In this document: positions 38,675 to 50,442 of the stretch, piece by piece | Layout of the letters: the number at the start of each line of letters is the position of its first letter | Numbering within the stretch: position 1 is the first letter of the stretch | Source: Octopus sinensis | Lineage: Eukaryota | Assembly: GCF_006345805.1 (NCBI RefSeq) | Contig: NW_021834015.1 | Span: forward strand, 1 to 51,346 | Direction: 5' to 3' | Length of the DNA: 51,346 nucleotides | The notes under the pieces: generated by a model | The model's input: the letters and a program-made list of their open reading frames with translations, nothing else | Told to the model about the DNA's origin: nothing | Database searches by the model: none | Position numbers and translations under genes: made by a program

Positions 38675-38714
38675 AAAAAATTTGAAAAGCTACACGCGAA
38701 ACCGGTAATTTCTT
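38675..38714 (+). ncRNA. Minimal type I hammerhead ribozyme motif (U3-A8 core variant) in PLE pLTR
   Basis: aaaaaat-TTGAAAA-gc tacac gc-GAAA-c cg g-TA-atttctt: stem I, core, 2-bp stem II, GAAA, palindromic ACCGGT stem III, GUA triplet. Confidence 0.7.
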
Positions 38715-38895
38715 TAAAAATTTTAAAATTATGTCATTTTAAGGAAAGGAAAAAAAGTTTCCAATATTCTCCAGACATTTTGACACAAATATATATATTT
38801 TTTAACATTTAAGCCTTCTGTCGTTTTTTCACACTTTACTATTTTCTTATATATTCACCCACGTGCTTTACCAAACAAACTTTCTTATCTATCTA

Positions 38896-38901
38896 TATAT
38901 A

Positions 38902-38989
<88 letters not shown>

Positions 38990-39197
38990 TAATATATATG
39001 TATATATGTGTGTCTGTGTTTGACCCCTACCATTGCTTGACAACCGATGTTGGTGGTGTTTATACCCCCGCAACTTAGCAGTTAGGCAAAAGAGACCGAT
39101 AGGATAAGTACTAGGCTTACAAAGAATAAGTCCTGGAGTCGATTTGTTCGACTAAAGGCTGTCATCCAGAATGGCCGTAGTCAATAAAAGAATAAAA
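38896..39197 (+). mobile_element. SINE family A, right half (split by the PLE)
   Basis: (TA)n tgtgtctgtgtttg..gcttgacaaccgatg..aagtactaggcttacaaagaataagtcc..aataaaagaataaaa. Confidence 0.85.
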
Positions 39198-39201
39198 AAT
39201 A

Positions 39202-39265
<64 letters not shown>

Positions 39266-39369
39266 ACCTTAATGGTTTAAATCAGTAGCGTTAATCTTTT
39301 GTCTTTTATGTGCTTCAGTCATTGGATTGCAACCATCCTGGGGTATAGCCTTAAAGAGTTTAGTCGAAC

Positions 39370-39700
39370 AATTTCATACCAGTATTTGTTTTTAAGTTTA
39401 GAACTTATCCTGTTGGTCTCCGTTGGCAAACGGCTATATTACGTGGATATATACAAACCAACACCTGTTGCCTACCGGTGATGATGGAAAAACACAGCAT
39501 AATGACACACGCATATACAAGTTATATATACACACACACAACTATATGTATACACGACAGGCTTCTGTTCAATTTCCGTCTACCAAATTCCTTCACAAAG
39601 CACTGGTATGTTTGGGTCTGTAGTAGAAGATACTTGCTCAATGTATTGCGCAGTGGGACTGAACTTGAAACCACGAGGTTGCAAAACGAGTTTCTTAACC
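39370..39700 (-). mobile_element. SINE family A, diverged
   Basis: aatttccgtctaccaaattcc..gtagtagaagatacttgc..cagtgggactgaac. Confidence 0.65.
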
Positions 39701-39789
39701 ATACAGTCTTTCCTGCAAATTTAATTTATATATCTTAACCAGGGACATGCCTTATTAATATAATATTAGTACATTTAGTAATAAATTCT

Positions 39790-39912
39790 TTATGTAATCG
39801 ACTTAATCCCTTTGTCTGTCCTTGTTTGTCCCTTCTGTGTTTAGCCCCTTGTGGGTAGTAAAGAAAAAAGTATTTCGTCTGTTTTTACGTTGTGCCTAGA
39901 GTAGAAAAAAAA
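39790..39912 (+). mobile_element. SINE family B fragment
   Basis: aatcgacttaatccctttgtctgtccttgtttgtcc..tttagccccttgtgggtagtaaag. Confidence 0.7.
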
Positions 39913-40541
39913 AAAGAAAATGCTTATGCCAGGTCATAATAGCAAAAATAAAATTTGATCTCTCTTAAGACATTTTTCTTTAAATATAAACATCTTAAGA
40001 AGATTTCTTCAGCTTAAGATGAAATTTATTGTACAGATACCAATATATCTAGATCTGTATGTAATTAACTATTTGATATAAACGACAGAAAGTTAATTGT
40101 AGAAGGCTGATGGTTTGCTGGTCCGGAAATGGCTGACTTCATTTTCCATTAACAACTAGAGTTATGTGTAATTCAGAAATGTGCCATCCGTTTTTCTTCC
40201 AAGGCGCACAATTTCTCTGTCGAACATCCTGTTAGTCATAAGACTGTTTATTCTAATACCTTCTTTCTTCGAACTGTTGCTGTATAGAAGTCATTACCCT
40301 CGTCTTGTTTTCCTCTGGTCTTAAAGGCATTCTATCAATCAGCGTCTTTAGTCTATTATTCTACAGTGGCCTCAAGCTTAACAGTTAACACACACACACA
40401 CACACATATATAGGCGAGCACCAACATCTTGTGGTTCACTTAAACAATTGTGAGGAGCTTTTTTGCATGAAAGCACTGGTAGCCTTGTTAAGCCACACAC
40501 ACATATATACTGAAAATAATCAAGACGTAGGAGTGGCTATA

Positions 40542-40938
40542 GGCGCAGGAGAGACTGTGTGGTAAGAAGCTTGCTTCCCAACCACATGGTTCCAGGTTCA
40601 GCCCCACTACGTGGCACCTTGGGCAAGTGTCTTCTACTATTGCCTTAGGCCGACCAAAGCCTTGTGAATGGATTTGGTAGACGGAAACTGAAAAAATCCC
40701 ACCGTATATATATATATGTGTGCGTGTGTGTGTGTGTGTGTCTGTGTTGTCCCCCCACCATCGCTTGACAACCGATGCTGGTGTGTTTACGTTCCCGTAA
40801 CTTAGCGGTTCGGCGAAAAGGACCGATGGAATAAGTACTAGGCTTACAAAGAATAAGTCCTGGGGTCGATTTGCTCGACTAAAGGCGGTGCTCCAGCATG
40901 GCCGCAATCAAATGACTGAAACAATTAAAAGAATAAGA
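40542..40938 (+). mobile_element. SINE family A, full length
   Basis: Family A consensus blocks throughout. Confidence 0.9.
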
Positions 40939-41388
40939 AAAGGCATTCGTACTAACATTAACATTCTTTTACGTTATATTCATATTAAAGAAAATACCGA
41001 AAATACCATAAATTTCTAACGGTACCAAATCCGCAGAAAGCTGCTCAATTTTGTTCAGATGAAATTCTTCTCAAAGACAGTTGGACGCAGGAGGTAGCTG
41101 AATAACAATTTATATTGTATTTCTACAACTCATATCGGTATTAACACGAGCAGAAAGATAAAAACGAATACAAATATTCGCCAAATGATAACATCATTCT
41201 TTCACACTCTATGCGCATTTATTAAAGAATCGTAATAATACTAATAAACTAATTGGCTTCGAACTAATTGGAAAATTATGAAAAGACTACCGACACCTAA
41301 TCGGTCGGAGATAATGAATGCTCGGTCAACAGTATCTTTACTATTACTGTTTTTTCTTTCTTTTTACATATATGTATACAGATGTGTG

Positions 41389-41501
<113 letters not shown>

Positions 41502-41540
41502 TTATATATACATATATATATATATATATTCACACATATG

Positions 41541-41588
<48 letters not shown>

Positions 41589-41845
41589 ATACGTGCATAT
41601 GTGATTAGAAACGGCTATTGTTCATTCGTCTTGGTGACGTTTAATGAGATGAAGTCTATAGTTTGCCAAACCTATCGGTCACACGAATATACCTGAGTGC
41701 TAATATTTTGATATAGCAATAACTTTCTAACTCAGATAATTGTCACCCATCTTGTCACTTTTTTTTTCAATGATTTATCAGTGTTTTAATTGTATACAAA
41801 TTGTCGTCTATTTGTAAAGGTAGTCGCTTGCTGACTCCAACAATA

Positions 41846-41910
41846 CTCTTCTTCTTCTTCTTCTTCTTCTTCTTCTTCTTCTTCTTCTTCTTCTTCTTCT
41901 TCTTCTTCTT

Positions 41911-41941
<31 letters not shown>

Positions 41942-41984
41942 TTCTTCTTCTTCTTCTTCTTCTTCTTCTTCTTCTTCTTCTTCT
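41846..41984. repeat. (TTC)n microsatellite
   Basis: Seen directly. Confidence 0.95.
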
Positions 41985-43454
41985 TTTCCCCCTACTCCTC
42001 CTCCTTCTTCTTCTCATCCATTCCTTTATTAGATGTCTTACTGCCACTATACACAGCTTACTTGCTATTATATAAAGTTACTAATTAAAATATTACTTTA
42101 GGCATTTTTCATTTAAAAATCGCATTCGCTTATTATTTCTCCGTTATTATTTGTTGATATCGTTGTTGAGAGCAGATCCATACAGATTTCATTTCAACCG
42201 TCATTGCCACATTTCTTTCTCTTTTTCTTCTTTTCTCTCTCTATCTTTGTTTCCTTATACCTCCATTTCTTTCTTCCCCTCCCTTGTCTCAACTTCTCCT
42301 CCCCATAACCGAAAGTTTATATGTGTAGTAGCTGTTTACACGTATTACCTTCATTTACAACCATTTTCTCCAATCAATTTTAGCAATTACCGGTCATGCT
42401 ACATTCTGTTACTCAGTAACAAATGTCTTATTTCTAAAGGCTTTATCAGAATAGAAAAACAGCAACGGAAACAACAAAGAAAATTGGCTGGAATATGTAC
42501 GTACAGTTAGTAACAAACATCCCTTGCAATCTTTATCCCAATACCATGCAATAAACATTGCGATCACTCAATTCATCAATATTTTGCCATAATCAGTCTG
42601 TAGGCATTTTTGCAACAATTTTTTATTTTTAAAATAAAATTTGAAATTTTATCATTTTACTTATTAACAATTGTAAAATCAAATTAGAGGACATTAATTT
42701 AAATATGGCGACGGAAACCTCGTGTTGAATAAAAGCATAAAACATATGAAGGGATTTCAAATTAATAATGTTTTTATTTTTATTGCGCGTTACATTATAC
42801 TATTCGGCTGGTTAAATGGAAGTTGTGAATTGCATGTTTTCCCAAAGTAATAAGGTTTTGTTTTTTACTGAAACCAATCTGCATGTACGGAAGATCGAAA
42901 CCAGGACACGGAGAGTTTTCGAATTTATAGATCGACAAATCCCCAATTGATGTCTGTATAAAGTTATATTCAACATATTTGGCTTTATTGGCTTTATTTC
43001 ATAACAACATGCATAAGCCTCTTATTTAACCCTTTGTCTGTCTTCTATATCACGTGATACACAGGCCATAATTCCCTGGCGTCCTTGTATCATTAATAAT
43101 AAACATTCCCATTTTTTTCAACCAACCACCTGAGTAACTTGGGACTTATGAAAGGAAAATCTTATATTACGCAGAACTTATGAAACGAAAGTTAATTAAA
43201 ATTCTGAAAACAATATGGAAGTTTTGGACAAACCAATGAAAATGATTTGGACAGATCGCATAGATCGCATTTCATATACATGTGAAGACTTTTAACCCCT
43301 AAAGTAAACTCCCTCAGTCCAGCTAATTGTAAATAAGAACCAAAAGACACTACTGCGACCAGAGAGACTACTTGATCGCTGAGAAGTGTTTTGTTAAGCC
43401 AGTGTTGAGCTTACATAGAAAAAAAAGCTGTCGAAAATATTGTCGATTAAATCA

Positions 43455-43555
43455 GTACCAGTTACGCACTGGAATCGATTTAATCAACTTAATCCCTTCG
43501 TCTGTCCTTGCTTGTTCCCTCTGTGTTTAGTCCCTTGTGGGCAATAAAGAAATAA
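43455..43555 (+). mobile_element. SINE family B fragment
   Basis: agtaccagttacgcactgg..gtctgtccttg..ccttgtgggcaataaagaaata. Confidence 0.7.
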
Positions 43556-43946
43556 AATTGTACGCGCGTACGAGATCCTCATTCCGTTTCAATGAATGAC
43601 GTGCAATATGAGTGAAAAGTGTTCAACACAATAGTGTTAACACATTTAATTTATTTAGTGATAATTAAATATATTTTCTTGAATTCGAATTTTGAAATAG
43701 ATGGCACATGAATATAGATCGTTACATGACTATGGATCAGAATGATAACGGTAAAGCAGATAATGTAACAAACAACCAGTTTTGAGTTCGTTGCCAACTT
43801 ACTCAACACTCCAGTTCACATTGTCATGAATAAACAATTCAGTGTAGGAACAATCCATTTACTCTCATCTAAACATTTCAATAGTTATATCAATATAACA
43901 AACAATATGCATGCAAATAAGTTTCTGAATGCTTAGAATTAACATA

Positions 43947-44328
43947 ACTCTTTTACTCTTTTACTTGTTTCACTCATTTGACTGGAGCACTGCCTTTAGT
44001 CGAGCAAATCGACCCCAGGACTTATTCTTTGTAAGCCTAGTGCTTATTCTATCGGCCTCTTTTGCCGAACTGCTAAGTTACGGGGACGTAAACGCACCAG
44101 TATCAGTTGTCAAGCGATGATGGTGGTGGTGGGGACAAACACAGACACACACACACACACACACACACATATACGGCGGGCTTCTTTCAGTTTCCGTCTA
44201 CCAAATCCACTCACAATGCTTCGGTCGGCCCGAGGCAATAGTAGAAGACACTTGTCCAAGGTGCCATGCAGTAGGACTGAACCTGGAACCATGTAGGTAA
44301 GCTACTTACCACACAGCCGCTCCTGCGC
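43947..44328 (-). mobile_element. SINE family A, full length
   Basis: Reverse complement of family A consensus blocks. Confidence 0.9.
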
Positions 44329-45185
44329 ATATGTTGCAAAATATTCATAAAAAGGTTCAGTTTTAACTAGTATTGTAGGAGAATATCTCTAACAATATTT
44401 ACAAATCCTGGGCTTGCTGTTTTCTGGAAAGAGCCTTTGCTTTTCATCATAGGTAATCTGCCAGGGTCTTTATTGAAGGGATTCAATACTAATCCAGATC
44501 TGCGAATTACAACTGGTATCTGATTTAGGAACAAAGCGAACAATTTTGAAGAGAGGAGTTTAGTCAGTCCTATCGACTTCAGCATTTGACTTTTACTTTA
44601 TTTCATCGACCACAGAAGGATGAAAGGCAAAGACGACCGTAAGACATTTTTTTTCCGGCGCTCTAACGATTCTGATTACTCACCATCTTTGTGGGAATTA
44701 TCGATATAATGATAGACACGTTCAAAAATCGAAAACCGCAATAGAATTTTTATTTCAACAATTAAATCGGCGAAATTGCTTAACGTTTCACCCCACATCT
44801 GTCGTACTGAGGATATAAACGTTGTAGATAAATAACGAGAGGGTGACAATATATTTAGTGCGCTACCTTTATGTCACCGTTACACTTTTCTTGATCGAAA
44901 TATTCGAAGTAGCGCGCAAGTAGCAGGGTGAACTTGTAGGTTAAGAACCACAGATTTATTGCTCCGCGTCAATGACTGATGAAGAACACGCTGCACACTG
45001 CACACTCCGACATGTAGCACTTAATTGAATTCGTATGTGTATGTATGGAAGTGAGTATATATGGAGGTATTGAGCGGCATTGCCAGTTGGCATTTGGCAT
45101 TCGCTCAACTGTTCAATTTATTTCCCTGCGTTTGGGGTGTTGATTTCTTCAATTTCAGGACTTAGGTCCAGACGCAGGACCTATT

Positions 45186-45605
45186 GACGCAGGAGTGGCT
45201 GTGTGGTAAGTAGCTTGCTAACCAACCACATGGTTCCGGGTTCAGTCCCACTGCGTGACATCTTGGGCAAGTGTCTTCTGCTATAGCCCCGGGCCGACCA
45301 ATGCCTTGTGAGTGGATTTGGTAACCGGAAACTGAAAGAAGCCTGTCGTATATATGTATATATATATATATGAGTGTGTGTGTGTATGTTTGTGTGCCTG
45401 TGTTTGTCCCCCTAGCATTGCTTGACAACCGATGCTGGTGTATTTACGTCCCCGTTACTTAGCGGTTCGGCGAAAGAGATCGATATAATAAGTACTGGGC
45501 TTACAAAGAATAAGTCCCGGAGTTGATTTGCTCGACTAAAGGTGGTGCTCCAGCATGGCCGCAGTCAAATGACTGAAACAAGTAAAAGAGTAAAGAGTAA
45601 AGAGT
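45186..45605 (+). mobile_element. SINE family A, full length
   Basis: Family A consensus blocks and (AGTAAAAG)n tail. Confidence 0.9.
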
Positions 45606-45614
45606 TAGGTAGCG

Positions 45615-45870
45615 TAAGCTTACACAAGACCATGGAATACCTCTTGCCACAGTCAACAGAATGATTGTACAATTCATCAGCAAAGGAAAGAAATCAACAG
45701 TATCCGCTCAAGTCGACTTGGGTCCTCTGACAGGTGTCTTCTGTCTGTCAAGTAGATTGTTGCAAACAATACATGTTGTAAGACAGCTTATGCTGCAGAG
45801 AATCTCTAAATGAATTGGAATACTTCTGTGAGGTATCTACATCAACTTGGCTACTGAAGCACCAGATAAA
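45615..45870 (+). pseudogene. Tc1-like transposase N-terminal (HTH) remnant
   Basis: QDHGIPLATVNRMIVQFISKGKKST..SDRCL..IVANN..VRYLHQLGY, resembling Tc1 paired-like HTH regions. Confidence 0.5.
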
Positions 45871-46186
45871 ATGGTATAAAGAGGGTTGTCTATTTTCGAG
45901 ATAACTGTGTACATATTAAATCTCTGATTCTAAATCAGTGACAGTGGTTGCTGTGAAAAACGTTAAATATTATTTGCAAGGGGTCTCCTTCATCGAGAAC
46001 CGGTGCTTACCATGCGTTGACGAGAGGCAATTACCTTGAAACTATAGTCCGTATGTAGTACTTAGGTTTTCGAGGGAGGATGACCTCCCTTTGCAAATAA
46101 CACAAGGGCACTGAGATTGTGTCTAAAGTCCATCTGGTGACGTTGATCGCCTGGGGCTAAAAGCATCAGTAACACCCCACCCCCAG

Positions 46187-46229
46187 TGGCTAGCCACATT
46201 CAGATGGCTAGCCACATTCAGATGGCTAG
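46187..46229. repeat. 18-bp tandem repeat x2.4
   Basis: TGGCTAGCCACATTCAGA repeated. Confidence 0.85.
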
Positions 46230-46562
46230 TACACCTTACGTTGTGTACATATGTATTATTCAAATGATTTCGCTAAGGCGTAACGATAATAATATTGTTA
46301 GAATATTGGCCTTACAAACCTTTCGACCAATAGCGCATTATGCATATATGTATATATGTATGTCCTTATTCAGTTTTATTTTAAGATTTGTTGCCAATAG
46401 TAAAAAAATGCCGGTTTCTAATCTAAATCCAAGGCTCCAAACATATCCTGTTTGTATGCATGCATACAAACAGGGTATGTATGTATGTATGTATGTATGT
46501 ATGTATGTATGTATGTATGTATGTATGTATGTATGTATGTATGCATGTATGCATGTATGTAT

Positions 46563-47293
46563 ATGTGCAGATTCGTATGTTTTTTATGCATGTCTTCTCA
46601 TGTATATACTTGTATATTTAGACATGCTCATATATACTTAAATGATAAACTTCTGGAAAGTTTTGCAGACTATTACGGTTCCAGTGATGGTTTGTATCTG
46701 CATTCTTCGAATTAGCCTTCTCTTTTCTGGTTTTGAGAAGCCTAATTTCTCAAGATTTGTATTTAGACAATGTGTTACATATCTTTGTGTCACAATAATT
46801 GCAGGTATAAACCTGAACTTGTAATCTGGATAGAGTAACTGCAGATTTCTCAATAGTTCAGCGTAGGTGTTCTCTTTTTCCAAGCAGATGTTAACATAAA
46901 ACGCTTTCTCTTCTCTATCCCAAATCATTATATCAGGTCTATTGTATTTACACTTTATTGAGGTTTTCGCTGGGTCATTTCACCAGTACTCCTTTTTATT
47001 ATGAGTGGCTATGGCTTCCACCATACTGTGGGTTCTTATTTCTTTGTCCTCGGGGTAATCCTTTCGACTGATCTCGTTATACAGTGTCCTAGCTACTACA
47101 TCATATCTCATCGGTAGATAATGCCGTGATCACATTTTTGGACAACTGCTTATGATGTGGTTGATAGCTTCGATGGTATCTCCACAAAGCCTGCATCAGT
47201 TGTCACATTTTACTGCTTTTCCTGCATCTCTGTGCCTTTTGTGATCAGGTATTTGGTAGATATTTCCTGTTCCTGGATTGCAAACGTATACCC
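46563..47293 (-). mobile_element. 5'-truncated RLE-type non-LTR retrotransposon (CCHC knuckle plus RLE) bounded by (TATG)n/(CATA)n
   Basis: Minus strand: FAIQEQEISTKY..CRLCGDTIEAINHIISSCPK..RYDVVA..KYNRPDIMIWDREEK..YAELLRNLQLLYPDYKFRFIP..GTVIVCKTFQKFII* (stop 46638-40); TATG arrays at ~46475-46562 and ~47294-47355. Confidence 0.85.
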
Positions 47294-48289
47294 TATGTAT
47301 GTATGTATGTATGTATGTATGTATGTATGTATGTATGTATGTATGTATGTATGTATCTACCTATCTACGCACATACATCTTATTTACACACACATACGCA
47401 CATACATCTTATTTACACACACACATACACACACACACACACACACAACACACACACACACACACACACAGACGCGTGCATATATATCGGTATCTCGCCG
47501 GTTCAAAAACTAACGCTTGATATTTTAATTTTCCTTCAATTTGGAGATATGCACTGTATTTTGTGATGGTTTGTTTTCTTTTGCCTTATGCGTCTAAAAG
47601 ATTAATTCTTTTCCCCCTTCAATGCTCTGTCGCAGTCACAAGGGCTTAACCATATTGTTTTGTGCATTCCTTGAACTGTCTTTGCCTCACTCACTATATA
47701 TGATGTTTTTCGTGTGCCTCATTTCCAGTCTCTAACAAAAGTATCCATAATTTTTCGTAAACTGAGGTCAAAGTAGTTCTATCCTAATGGGTTAAAACTG
47801 AAAATTTCCCAGAATGAACAGCTGATGATGAGAAATTCCTCGTCTCTACTTAATATTATGTATTTTCAGTGCATGTATCTAATTTCTCCTTTATATCATC
47901 TGCCTGTTTGTCTATCTGTCTATCTAGCTAACTGTCTATAAATTCATATCTCTGTCTGATGTCTCTACCCCTCTCCAAACCACACACACACACACACACA
48001 CATGCATGCACACACACATGCATGCACACACACATGCATGCACACACACACATATAAAAATATAACAAACACAATATGCAGGCTATTTGTTCTCTGTGCA
48101 CGTTTCTCCATTGAACTATTTGTATCCTCTACAAGAGATGTTTATAATGAAGTCGCATGCGGAGCCACAACAGTTCTTCACGAGATGAGTTTCCATAGAC
48201 AACCAATATCAAACCAATGCTTATTACAGACATATGTTTTTTCTTTTTCGTGTAGCGTGAATTTATTGTCACTTTGCTTTGGTTACTTA

Positions 48290-48650
48290 AGGCTCTGGCA
48301 TGGCTTTATGGTCAAGAAGATCGCTTTGCATTCATGGTTTCAGGTTCAGTACCACTGCACGACACCTTCGGCAAGTGTCTTCTACGACAACCTCGTATCG
48401 ACCATTGCCTTGTGAGGGAATTTCGTAGGTGGAAACTGTAAGGAAGCGCATCGTACATGTATACATGTGTGTCTATATGTGCACATCTTTGTGTCTGTGC
48501 TCGTCACCCAAACCACTTAACAACCAGCGTTGGTTTGTTTACGTCGCCGTAACTTAGCAGTTTGGCAAAAAAATACTGTAGAATAAGTACCGAACTTAAA
48601 AAGTAAGTACTGAGATTGATTTCTTCGACAAAAACCCTTGAAGACAGAAA
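48290..48650 (+). mobile_element. SINE family A, diverged
   Basis: caggttcagtaccactgcacgacaccttcggcaagtgtcttctac..gtaacttagcag..gaataagtac. Confidence 0.7.
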
Positions 48651-48820
48651 CAGGTAAAAAATAACCGATAAAAGAAAGATGTTCCTTAGTGGGTAACAAA
48701 ATGAGTCTTAGAAAGAAATTCGATAATATGCTGAACATTTCAAGGAGATTATTGATTATTGATTCCGTTGTGGCTTCAGTTTTGCGTGTCTAATACAATT
48801 GTCTTCTAAATGCCTCTGCA

Positions 48821-49240
48821 TCTTTTATTTTTTATTTGTTTCAGTCATTAGACTGCGGCCATGCTGGGGCACCGCTTTGAATTTTTAGTCGAATTAATCG
48901 ACCAAGGTACTTATTTTTAAAGCGTGGCACTTATTCTATCAGTCTCTTTTGCCGAACTGCTAAGTTACGCTAACGTACCAACACCGGTTGTCAAGCGGTG
49001 ATGGGAGGACAAACACTGATACAAACACACACACACACACATACAGATGTACACACACACACACACACACAGATGTACACACACACACACACACACACAC
49101 ACGACAGCTCTCTTTCAGTTTCCGTCTACCAAATCCACTCACAAGGTTTGGTCGTCCTTAGGTTATAATAGAAGACACTTGCCCAGGGTACCACGCAGTG
49201 TGACGGAACCCGGAACTATGTGGTTGGGAAGCAAACTTCT
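48821..49240 (-). mobile_element. SINE family A
   Basis: Reverse complement of family A with an internal (CA)n tract. Confidence 0.85.
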
Positions 49241-50074
49241 TTACTTTATGAATTGGCCATAAAGGCCTTACACAGAGGGGACAGCAGAAGGTGGGGACAA
49301 AAAAAAAGCCCAAAACAAAACGAATGGAATGGAATGAAATTACACGATGAAGGATGAAATGAAGTCGCTCGGCCCCATCTCCGAGCGACCTCATTGAACC
49401 TGTAGCAACACCACTTACATTACCCTTTGCAACAGTCAACTTGATACACCATTTGAACACAACTATTTACACAATAGTTAGTCCAAAACTTTTACCAAAA
49501 TGTCTACGTTATATATATATATTTTTTAAATGCCCACATTCCTTATTTTTTCCTCATTGTGCTGGTATCCACTTTTTTTCAGACCACCAATAACAGTCGC
49601 CGTTTTCCATGTACCTATGCACCTTCCACAGGTTATCCATGCTTATCAGCACACAACACTCATTCTTGGGCCGACCCTTTACACCAGCTATATCCATTTT
49701 AACTATTTCGTCCCACGAATTCACTTCATTAACCAGTTACTCAATTTCTCCATTGTACATTAATACGAATGTTTTTCTCATATGGTGAGGGTGGGTAACT
49801 TTGAGGCTCCTGTTTGTTTGCAATTATTTTTTTTGTCAGACTGGGCATGGGGAGGGTTGGTGTCTGTAGGGAGTGGTTGGAGTAGATGGGTGTGGGTGAA
49901 GGCTGGGTGGGTATGGTTTGGGATCATCCTTTACCACATGTGTCTTTTTTTCTCTCTTCTTTCCTACTATCTCCCAGTTGGTGCTTGTCTCCTCTTCTTC
50001 GATGCTGGTACTCTGTAGTGCCATATCTCTTTCTTTTTCCTTCACGGTCTGTGAAGTACCTACCACTTTCCCTT

Positions 50075-50216
50075 ATGCGACTGGTTTCTGTCATTTTTCG
50101 TCTACCTAATCCACTCACAAAGTTTTAGTCGGCACAGAGCAATAATAAAAGTCACTTGCCTAAGATGCCAGGCAGTGAGACTGAACCGGGAAACTTGTGG
50201 TTTGGAAGTAAACTTC
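50075..50216 (-). mobile_element. SINE family A, left-half fragment
   Basis: aatccactcacaa..cacttgcctaagatgcca..gggactgaacc-like B-box. Confidence 0.7.
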
Positions 50217-50218
50217 CT

Positions 50219-50442
50219 TATTTCTTTACTGCCCACAAGGGGCTACACGGGGACAAACAAGGACAAACAAACGCATTAAGTCGATTATATCGATCCCAGT
50301 GCGTACTGGTACTTATTTAATCGACCCCGAAAGGATGAAAGGCAAAGTCGACCTCGGCGGAATTTGAACTCAGAACGTAGCGGCAGACGAAATACTGCTA
50401 AGCATTTCGCCCGGCGTGCTAACGTTTCTGCTAACTCGCCGT
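50219..50442 (-). mobile_element. SINE family B, partial
   Basis: cccacaaggggcta..gaccccgaaaggatgaaaggcaaagtcgacctcggcggaatttgaactc..ctcgccg. Confidence 0.88.

Larger units (their letters stand above)
34122..38895 (+). mobile_element. Penelope-like retroelement (Neptune-type), near full length, with inverted partial 3' copy at its 5' end and direct pseudo-LTR
   Basis: PLE RT motifs (KGLKFTPTP, KEADKGNAVV, FYGLPKIHK, LRPIVAG, SFDVVNLYTSIP, GIAMGTRAAP, KRFLDDCF, LPFLD, YLLFNSCHP), KCGRSNCATC linker and GIY-YIG (NIIYVIKCSGC..YVGSTG..L..R). 34122-34751 is the reverse complement of ~38219-38854; 34752-34902 directly repeats ~38748-38895. Confidence 0.95.

Noticed and set aside
49356-49395. GC-rich hairpin gtcgctcgg/ccgagcgac flanked by GATGA and GAAC
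   Set aside because: It lacks CU of the core, one A of GAAA and stem I, so it is not a hammerhead; an isolated hairpin of unknown meaning.
49843-49922. G-rich tract with multiple GGG runs (possible G-quadruplex)
   Set aside because: Irregular loops and no functional context; common low-complexity feature.
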